From the NCBI GenBank assembly GCA_002694065.1, contig NZKZ01000073.1, positions 1 through 32,050 on the forward strand: a stretch of 32,050 nt of DNA, read 5' to 3'. The stretch is from Acidiferrobacter sp. GTDB taxonomy: Bacteria; Pseudomonadota; Gammaproteobacteria; Arenicellales; UBA868. A program made the translations under genes and the position numbers. The notes below the pieces were generated by a model. It worked only from the letters and a program-made list of their open reading frames with translations. It had not been told where the DNA came from and did not search any database. This document shows, piece by piece, positions 25,176 to 32,050 of the stretch. The number at the start of each line of letters is the position of its first letter. Positions within the stretch are counted from its first letter, which is position 1.

Positions 25176-27287
25176 TTACTCCGGTTTCTTGACCTTGGTC
25201 AGGTAGTACCCCATCGAGGCCATTGCCGTGATCGCGATCAAGCCGACCAGTAGTGTCTGGCTGCCGCCTTCCTCCTCGATTGAGACCTCTATTGGTATGT
25301 GCCCGTAGGTACTTGCGGATGCGCTATCCCAGTGCAGGTAGAGTTCCTCGATGTTGGCTTCGTCTGCCTCGAACTGGAACTCTATCGTCTCTTGCGCGGG
25401 CCCGGTCTCAAGCGTGGCGGAGAAGGACTGCTCCGTCCAACGCCCGCAGACATCGGAAAGGCAGACCCTCGCGAAGGCGTTGCTGGAACCATCGTTCTGG
25501 ACGACCACGGAGAGCGTTGCGAGCCCGTCAGGACCGCTGCCCTGCGAAAGGGAAGCCTCGAGGACGCTGATCTGCGCACCCCGCATGGGGAGCACCATGA
25601 GTTGCACGGTCTCGGACAATCCGTTTCCCTTGGAGTCGGTTGCGTTCACCCTGATTTCGTTGGGCCCCATCGGCATTGGAGGGAGGGTGATCGGGTCGGA
25701 AACGGACCAGCCTTCCCCCAGCTGCACTTCATCGTCGTTGACCCAGACGGACCAGGTTACATCCACTATGGCGTCCAGATCGTCGTATGAGTGCGATAGG
25801 TCCAGGCTCAGGTTGTCGCCCTCGTGGGCGCCATCGTCCAGTTCCACCTCTGTAGATTCCAAGAATAACCGAGGAATGACTGTGGGGGGGTTGGAGTCCA
25901 TCACCCTGACGGTCCACTCGTCCATCACCGAGTTTCCGGCATCGTCGGTAACCACCAAAGCGACCAGGATCTCAGTCGGGTTCCTCGCCTTGTGCCTGTC
26001 GGATATCGACATGTCCGCCCCATTGACGCCGGCTCCCTGGATCGCAGTGAATTGGAACGTCTGGATTGTGTTCCCGAACTGACGCCATCCCTCGGAGAGG
26101 TTTGTGAACATCTCCAGGAAGATCGGGAGCGTCGAGCCGTCAGAGCTGTTGATCTCGAACTCCAGCAGGCTCCCTGCTAGAACCTCTATGACTCCCTCGT
26201 CTGGGTCCAAGACGCGCTCATTGGCGCCATCCACGGAGATTGTGCCCTGCCAGACTGGCGCTATCCCGTCCACGATCGTGGAATCGGTCCAATCGGTCGT
26301 GGCGCCGTGGAAGTCGTAGCACGTTGCCTTCACGGTCATGGTCTCTCCGTGCGAGAATCCTAGCTCAGAGGGCGTCACCTCGATCCAGTGGCTCTCGTAG
26401 GCGGCGACCTCCAGGCCTTCCCTGCTAACGCTCCAATTGATGCTCGGAGTCTCAAGCGGGTTGTCCGAGCAAGCGGCCGAGAAGGAGGATGATATGTCCA
26501 GTGTGGAGTAGATTTCCGTATTGGGGAACCTGGATGCGGATATCGTCGGGGGGCCGTTCTGTCCGATGGTGATCCTGATGTCGAAAGCCACTGGGGCCAT
26601 GGAGCGGTTCACTGTGAATCCGTTGGGATCCCCCCCGATGATCTCGAACATGGGGCTGTACTTCACCTCCCAACCATCGGGCAGGCCGACCCTCATCGGG
26701 ACCTCCTCCACCATGGCGCCTACCCTTGGAAGGTCGACCAGGCGCATCGTCCTGTGGTCGGTCTCCCCTGAAAGGTTCGCCATCTCAATCCACCCCCAGG
26801 AGCCGTTTGTCCTGTTTACGGGACCCTCCTCAGGGGGGGTCACGATGACAAGGACTCCTTCGGTCGCCTCCATCGGGGAGTAGTCCACACTGCAGCAGCC
26901 ACCAAGTTGGCCGTCAGTCCAGTTCCTAGCCGAGGCGACAATCTCCGCGAAGGCCGAGGCCTCGTCAGAGTCGACCCAGCCGTCCGAGTCGCCGATCTCC
27001 GAGTCTATCTGCCCGAGCAGCCCGAGCGACCTGTTGCCCAGAAGACCAGTGCCATAGCTCTCTAGCACAGTGATCTCGGCAAACCACGAGGCGTTGATTA
27101 TCGAGTTCTCGGAGATGGGTTCGCTGAAGTTCAGGAAGGAGCTCCCCTGGATCACCGATGGCGCCTGCTCGCTGGAGTACCCCGAATCCTGGGGGAGTTC
27201 TTCGAACGACCAGGCGCTATGGGGCATCGATAGGAAAATCACCGTGACCAGAGCCGCGATAGCCTTGCTGCCTGATCTGGAGGGCAT
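25176..27287 (-). CDS. Large cell-surface protein (signal peptide, Ig/PKD/CARDB-like beta domains, C-terminal TM anchor)
   Basis: N-terminal signal; acidic beta-rich repeats (VTDDAGNS, NATDSKGN, LDLSHSYD, VVQNDGS); C-terminal TM followed by KVKKPE; several N-x-S/T sequons. AGGTG upstream of ATG 27287. Confidence 0.75.
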   Translation of the reverse strand: MPSRSGSKAIAALVTVIFLSMPHSAWSFEELPQDSGYSSEQAPSVIQGSSFLNFSEPISENSIINASWFAEITVLESYGTGLLGNRSLGLLGQIDSEIGDSDGWVDSDEASAFAEIVASARNWTDGQLGGCCSVDYSPMEATEGVLVIVTPPEEGPVNRTNGSWGWIEMANLSGETDHRTMRLVDLPRVGAMVEEVPMRVGLPDGWEVKYSPMFEIIGGDPNGFTVNRSMAPVAFDIRITIGQNGPPTISASRFPNTEIYSTLDISSSFSAACSDNPLETPSINWSVSREGLEVAAYESHWIEVTPSELGFSHGETMTVKATCYDFHGATTDWTDSTIVDGIAPVWQGTISVDGANERVLDPDEGVIEVLAGSLLEFEINSSDGSTLPIFLEMFTNLSEGWRQFGNTIQTFQFTAIQGAGVNGADMSISDRHKARNPTEILVALVVTDDAGNSVMDEWTVRVMDSNPPTVIPRLFLESTEVELDDGAHEGDNLSLDLSHSYDDLDAIVDVTWSVWVNDDEVQLGEGWSVSDPITLPPMPMGPNEIRVNATDSKGNGLSETVQLMVLPMRGAQISVLEASLSQGSGPDGLATLSVVVQNDGSSNAFARVCLSDVCGRWTEQSFSATLETGPAQETIEFQFEADEANIEELYLHWDSASASTYGHIPIEVSIEEEGGSQTLLVGLIAITAMASMGYYLTKVKKPE

Positions 27288-27296
27288 TTCAAACAC

Positions 27297-28280
27297 CTAT
27301 GGCCCGGTCCGGTGAACTATCACGGACCCCGACGAGTCGATCCCCAGGGGGATGATTCGGTTCTCGGCAGGCAGCTGCCGTGACAGCTCCGCCCTCAATC
27401 CCTCGTCGCCATAAACGAGCAGGAACCCGCCTGCACCCGCACCCAGAAGTTTGGCGCCCTTGGCTCCGATACCCATCACGCGCTCGTACAGGTCGTCGAT
27501 CGTCTCGTTGCTCACGCTTGCCGATGTGGCCCTCTTCGAGACCCAAGCATCGTTGAGTAGGGAACCGAGGGATTCGAGGTCCCCGTCCTCGACCATCCTG
27601 GCCGCATCGTCGGCCTGGGACCTGATCTCAATGAGCCTGCTCTGCCTCTCGTCTGGGTCTTCTGGGCTTCCCGAGAGGACCTCGCTCGCGCTCCGGGTCA
27701 GTCCGGTGTACACTAGGCTGAATTTCTCCGAGATCTCTTCGGCCCTGCCGCCTCCGACCGGGATTGGGGAGACGGAGACCCCCTCGGTGCTGAACGATAT
27801 CGAGTTGACCCCCCCGAAGGAGGCTGCGTACTGGTCCTGCCGGCCTATCGGGGCCCCCAGCACGTCTATCTCTATCCTGCAAGCCTCCTCTGCCAGTTGC
27901 TCCTTGGACGCCTCGTGTCCGTTGAATGCGTGCATTGCGTTGAGGAGCCCCACGGTGACGGAGGAAGAGGATCCCAGTCCGGTGCCTCGTCCCGGGATGT
28001 CCGCGATCGTGACCACCTCGACTCCGGACTCCAGCCCGGTTAGCCTCATTGCCTCCCTGACCAGGTCGTGCTGAACGTCATCGACCGAGTCGACGTTCTC
28101 CGCAGACGAGTAGGAAACCCTGATGCTGTCGTCGAATCTCTTGTTTATGGTCACGTAAACGTACCTGTCGATTGCCAGCGAGACTACTCTGCCGCCGTTT
28201 GGGTTGGCCATCGAGAAACCGTCGATGTCGGTCCCGCCGCCGCAGAAGGAGACTCTGAGCGGTGTTCGGCTGATTATCAT
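27297..28280 (-). CDS. GHMP sugar kinase, HddA (D-glycero-alpha-D-manno-heptose 7-phosphate kinase)-like
   Basis: MIISRTPLRVSFCGGGTD, ADIP..GTGLGSSSS, IGRQDQYAASFGG, GAKLLGAGAGGFLL. Confidence 0.85.
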   Translation of the reverse strand: MIISRTPLRVSFCGGGTDIDGFSMANPNGGRVVSLAIDRYVYVTINKRFDDSIRVSYSSAENVDSVDDVQHDLVREAMRLTGLESGVEVVTIADIPGRGTGLGSSSSVTVGLLNAMHAFNGHEASKEQLAEEACRIEIDVLGAPIGRQDQYAASFGGVNSISFSTEGVSVSPIPVGGGRAEEISEKFSLVYTGLTRSASEVLSGSPEDPDERQSRLIEIRSQADDAARMVEDGDLESLGSLLNDAWVSKRATSASVSNETIDDLYERVMGIGAKGAKLLGAGAGGFLLVYGDEGLRAELSRQLPAENRIIPLGIDSSGSVIVHRTGP

Positions 28281-28391
28281 CGGAGTCCGGGGACAGAGGG
28301 TCACTCATCAAGACGCCGGTATGGGCAAAACGACCTGATTATGCAATGACAAGGCATATGAGAGGGCCGCTGCCGCGAGAAGCAGAGACCC

Positions 28392-29321
28392 ATGGGCGAC
28401 CTAGTGACGATGGACGACCTCACCAACGAAGAGATTGACTCCGTTCTGGTGGTCGCTGAGAGGCTCGTACCCGTCGCCAGGGGGGACGTCCACCTGCCCC
28501 TGCTGCAAGGCAAAGTGCTCGCGAACATGTTCTTCGAGAACTCCACCAGGACCCGTATGTCATTCGAGACGGCCATGAAGAGGCTGGGCGGCTCGGTCAT
28601 GAATTTCAGCTCGATCGGGACCTCGGTCTCGAAGGGCGAGACCCTGTTCGACACGATGCAGATGATCGATGGCTACGCCGACGTCGCAGCGATCAGGCAC
28701 CCTAGGCAGGGAGCGGCGCAATACAGCGCAGATGCGGTCTCCATACCCATCCTCAATGCCGGGGACGGGGCGGGCAACCACCCCACCCAGACCATGCTCG
28801 ACCTGCTTACCATCCGCCAGGCCCACGGCTCCATGGAGGGGCTCAACGTCGTCCTGGTGGGGGACCTCCGGTATGGGCGGACAGTGCACAGCCTGTCTCA
28901 CGCCCTTGTCAGGTTCGGGGTGAGCCTGACGCTGGTCTCGCCGCCATCCCTGAGGATGCCGGACGAGATCGTTTCGGACCTGAGGTCGCATGGCGCAGAG
29001 GTCGTAGAGACCGAGACCCTGATCGAGCAGATACCCAATGCCGACGTGATCTACATGACCAGGATCCAGAAGGAGAGGTTCCCTGACGAGGACGAGTACG
29101 CCAAGGTGGCCGGCATCTACAAGCTCAGTGCCTCCGACCTCACGGGTGCGAAGAAGGGCATGGTGGTGATGCACCCCCTGCCCAGGGTGGACGAGATCGA
29201 CCCGAGCGTCGACTCGACCGACCACGCGTTCTACTTCCAGCAGGCGTTCAACGGGGTCCCGACCAGGATGGCCCTGCTCTGCAGGAGCCTTGGCGTCGAA
29301 GTTCCGGAGGAGGTGGTCTGA
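28392..29321 (+). CDS. pyrB: Aspartate carbamoyltransferase catalytic subunit
   Basis: FFENSTRTRMSFE, IRHP, NAGDG...HPTQ, GDLRYGRTVHSL, YMTRIQKERF, MHPLPRVDEI. Confidence 0.97.
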   Translation: MGDLVTMDDLTNEEIDSVLVVAERLVPVARGDVHLPLLQGKVLANMFFENSTRTRMSFETAMKRLGGSVMNFSSIGTSVSKGETLFDTMQMIDGYADVAAIRHPRQGAAQYSADAVSIPILNAGDGAGNHPTQTMLDLLTIRQAHGSMEGLNVVLVGDLRYGRTVHSLSHALVRFGVSLTLVSPPSLRMPDEIVSDLRSHGAEVVETETLIEQIPNADVIYMTRIQKERFPDEDEYAKVAGIYKLSASDLTGAKKGMVVMHPLPRVDEIDPSVDSTDHAFYFQQAFNGVPTRMALLCRSLGVEVPEEVV

Positions 29322-29788
29322 TGTCGGAGATGAGGAGGGTCACCGCCATAAAAAACGGGACTGTGGTGGACCACATACCGTCTGGGAACGCGCTGATGGT
29401 GATCCGGATGCTAAGGATCGACGTTTCGAGGTCGACCCCGGTGTCCCTGGTCATGAACGTGCCCAGCGACAAGGTCGGGCGAAAGGACGTCCTCAAGATC
29501 GAGGACAGGGAGCTGAGCCAGGAGGAGCTGGACAGGCTGGCCCTGATAGCGCCGGCAGCGAGCATCGCGATAATCAGGAACCACGCGGTCGCGGAGAAGC
29601 TGGTTGTTGACCTGCCATCCGACCTGATCAACATCGCATCGTGCTCTTTCTCGAACTGCATCACCAAGAACGACAGGGAGCCGCTCCCGCAGAGGCTCAG
29701 AGTAATCAGCCAGGACCCGCTGGAGGTCAGGTGCTACTACTGCGGAAAGGGCCAGGAAATCTCCGAGCTGATTGACAACATCCTCTGA
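29321..29788 (+). CDS. pyrI: Aspartate carbamoyltransferase regulatory subunit
   Basis: V.AIKNGTVVDHI, NVPS.K.GRKD..KIE, Zn ligands CSFSNC and CYYC. TGATG overlap with pyrB and a GGAGG SD. Confidence 0.95.
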   Translation: MSEMRRVTAIKNGTVVDHIPSGNALMVIRMLRIDVSRSTPVSLVMNVPSDKVGRKDVLKIEDRELSQEELDRLALIAPAASIAIIRNHAVAEKLVVDLPSDLINIASCSFSNCITKNDREPLPQRLRVISQDPLEVRCYYCGKGQEISELIDNIL

Positions 29789-29852
29789 GGGCCCCCTGGT
29801 TGCGAAGGTCGGGCATCGACTCAGTTAAACCGCAGGCTGGCCCCCGACGCCC

Positions 29853-30182
29853 ATGGCATTGTATGGACAAATGGAAAAGGCAACAGAGAACAGGGACGCG
29901 GGGGCATATTCGGAGCTGCTGCACCCGGATTTCGAGTTCGTGAGGCACCAGTCCGGGACTGTGATGTACAGGGACCAGATGGTGGAGATGCTGAAGGTGA
30001 TGATGGCCAACGAGAAGGTGGTCATCAACGACTCCAGGTGCATCTACGAGAACGATGAGATCCTAGTCGAGCACTCCATGATGGACTTCCCGGACGGGAC
30101 CAGGGAGGCGGTCATGGGCGTCCACACCCTGAAGGACGGGCTGATCGTCCGCACCGAGACCGGCGCGACCCTCATATCCTGA
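29853..30182 (+). CDS. NTF2/SnoaL-like domain protein
   Basis: Y.ELLHPDF.FVRHQSG, RCIYENDEILVEHS.M.FPDGTREAV..V..LKDG.I.R.ETGAT. Confidence 0.75.
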   Translation: MALYGQMEKATENRDAGAYSELLHPDFEFVRHQSGTVMYRDQMVEMLKVMMANEKVVINDSRCIYENDEILVEHSMMDFPDGTREAVMGVHTLKDGLIVRTETGATLIS

Positions 30183-30221
30183 GCGCCCGCAGGCATCAGA
30201 GGCTGGTTCCCGAGGAGGGTT

Positions 30222-30551
30222 TCAGAGCCCGCCGGGGACCATCATCGCTAGGACCTCGCCGTTGCAGACCAACTCCACGTCATCGGGTATGTTGATCCCG
30301 CCGGCCCCCCAAGAAGCGCTCACGGCCTCGCCTATCGTGGAGTAGTGGTCGCTCTCGATCACCGAGTTCATCGTATCCATGTCAGGCCAGATTGTGCCCG
30401 CAACGACCCTCTCCCCATCGGCGACCAGGGCGCCCCTCATGCATCCGTTCTGCATTGCGTATTCCAGGAAGTGCTCCTTCCAGACATTCACCATTTCTTC
30501 CGTAACTTCGTTGCCGCCAGTCTTGACGACCCAGTACCTTGCTATTGGCAT
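30222..30551 (-). CDS. Hypothetical protein, possibly dimeric alpha-beta barrel (ABM-like)
   Basis: 109-aa ORF with a beta-alpha-beta-beta-alpha-beta pattern (G....LV....V...TIWPD...M). Confidence 0.6.
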   Translation of the reverse strand: MPIARYWVVKTGGNEVTEEMVNVWKEHFLEYAMQNGCMRGALVADGERVVAGTIWPDMDTMNSVIESDHYSTIGEAVSASWGAGGINIPDDVELVCNGEVLAMMVPGGL

Positions 30552-30636
30552 GAGGGGGAAATACCGAGCATCCGTATAACCGTTCCTGTATGCCGAATAA
30601 CGGGGAAAGAAAGACTATATTTTCGATGGTACTAGA

Positions 30637-30912
30637 TTGGACGTGATCGACGCAATTGTCGACCTGGCGCACAGCGAGTTGGTCGCCTATGCTGGCATGC
30701 TGCTGATACTGAGTGCCTTCTTCATGGAGACTCGTGACATCCTGCACAGCAAGGCAGCGCCATATCTGGGGCTGATGGCGATTGGCTCGGGGTTGCTGGC
30801 AGTTCGCGCTTACCTCATCGACGAATGGGCATTTTTCATCCTCGAGGTTGCATGGTTTGCAGCCGCGGTGGTTGGATTGTGGACATTGGACTCAAAGCTC
30901 TCGGACGGGTAG
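30637..30912 (+). CDS. CBU_0592-like small membrane protein (3 TM)
   Basis: G.LLIL.AF, Y..L..IGS.LL...AY....W.F.ILEVAW. TTG start. Confidence 0.7.
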   Translation: MDVIDAIVDLAHSELVAYAGMLLILSAFFMETRDILHSKAAPYLGLMAIGSGLLAVRAYLIDEWAFFILEVAWFAAAVVGLWTLDSKLSDG

Positions 30913-30938
30913 CCGTTTCAAACCGTTAAATCTAATTC

Positions 30939-31424
30939 GTGGCGAATGACCAATGGCCCGTGGACTATGTCCGGACAGCGGTGGTGCTAGCCCATCCAGT
31001 AGCGGCCGTCCTAGTGGTTTGGCTCTTCTTCAGGCAGAGGGGATGGAGGGGGCAATCGACCCTGTTGAGGGGGGAGGAGAGGGTCGCTGCGGTTTCAGCG
31101 CACGAGTCCATGGGGGACAGGATTGCCATCATCAGCATCGGGATCGTGGCTCTGGCGTTCGCCTCGAACATGGCCAGGGGGGTCATTGACCACGGGGATG
31201 CGACGCGCTTCCTAGTCCCGGGCTTCCACGGCATCACGGGAATAATGGGGCTGTCCCTGATGCTCTACCTCTGGAAGCTTGGCAGGGACACTACGGCGAA
31301 GAAGGCTTCTGGGGATCCCTTCAGCGGAACCAAGGAGAGGCATGGCAGGATTAGCGACCTCCTGGGGGTGCTGATCATAATCCACTCATTCCTGGGATTC
31401 CTGTACATGCTGAGCATCCTCTAG
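30939..31424 (+). CDS. DUF4079-like membrane protein (His-containing 4 TM)
   Basis: LAHP, H..MG, FHG.TG, HGR and IH.FLG pattern across four TMs. Confidence 0.55.
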   Translation: MANDQWPVDYVRTAVVLAHPVAAVLVVWLFFRQRGWRGQSTLLRGEERVAAVSAHESMGDRIAIISIGIVALAFASNMARGVIDHGDATRFLVPGFHGITGIMGLSLMLYLWKLGRDTTAKKASGDPFSGTKERHGRISDLLGVLIIIHSFLGFLYMLSIL

Positions 31425-31432
31425 GACGCCAG

Positions 31433-32050
31433 CTAGATGTCGTGCCCGACATGCTCCGTGCTCTCGCCCCAGCATTCCGCATCGGGGTCCTGCTCCGGGC
31501 CTTCTTCATGCAGGCAGGGGTGGTGGTTGGTGAACACATCATCATAGGCCAACCAAGGCCTGACGATCCACGCGTGGACCATCCAGTATTCCCCCAGGTT
31601 GACGTTGACCCCGCCCCTGTCGTCGCACGTCTCCTCGTCTAGGTTCTCCCCCATGACCAGGAACTCGCTGGTTCGGAAGCACAGGGAGTCGTGGCGATGC
31701 CACCAGTCGTTGTCCCCGGTGAAGCCCTCGGGCGGGGAGTCCGCTGGGGCATAGACGAACCAGGCGAAGCCGACCAGCTCCGAGTCCCTCTCCTCGCCCC
31801 CGTACATCAGGAACTCCGGCTTGTCGTGCTCGAACAGGTCGTCTACCCTGGTTCCCGGGAACCTCGGGTCTTGCGCATCGAATCCGGGGTCTTCCATCGA
31901 GAACCCGTTCAGCATGACGTGGTGGGTGCCCATCCCCTTGGTATAGCCCACCGACATCGTGTAGCCCGCGTCCTCGGCATCGCCCAGGGTGGGCCACTGC
32001 ATTGCCCACTCTATGGCATCCTTCAGCTCGTACGTGAGAGGCTCGCACAA
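31433..32050 (-). CDS. Conserved hypothetical His-rich protein, C-terminal part (5' end beyond window)
   Basis: Frame is open to the window edge. Motifs GMGTHH, KPEFLMY, LVGFAW, PPEGF.G..D.WH.H..LC, WMVHAW, F.N.HP. Confidence 0.7.
   Translation of the reverse strand: MCEPLTYELKDAIEWAMQWPTLGDAEDAGYTMSVGYTKGMGTHHVMLNGFSMEDPGFDAQDPRFPGTRVDDLFEHDKPEFLMYGGEERDSELVGFAWFVYAPADSPPEGFTGDNDWWHRHDSLCFRTSEFLVMGENLDEETCDDRGGVNVNLGEYWMVHAWIVRPWLAYDDVFTNHHPCLHEEGPEQDPDAECWGESTEHVGHDI

Overview
GC-rich, gene-dense archaeal chromosomal segment. Archaeal markers are RadA, Hel308/Hjm next to Cgi121, an archaeal-type initiator tRNA-Met, pyrB-pyrI and GGTGA/GGAGG ribosome-binding sites. The mix of secreted 'GC'-lipobox hydrolases and bacterial-type accessory genes suggests Marine Group II (Poseidoniales, Thermoplasmatota), but that is an inference. 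I call 33 CDS plus one tentative small ORF, and two tRNAs (iMet-CAT, Gly-CCC). I see no integrase, transposase, CRISPR array or obvious island. The best candidate for an undescribed system is a tandem pair of surface lipoproteins: a coiled-coil M23 peptidase (a family that normally cuts peptidoglycan, here in an organism inferred to lack it) and a PHB-depolymerase-like esterase. Other points of interest: a same-strand run of TrhO, sigma-like GST, FUN14 and a Kv-beta-like aldo-keto reductase; an ~85-aa insertion in Hel308; a hairpin-rich ~200-nt element or small ORF between tRNA-Gly and a beta-propeller lipoprotein; a small Cys4 protein upstream of pepF; and a strong excess of TAG stop codons. 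All family assignments come from motif recognition by eye; no database searches were run.
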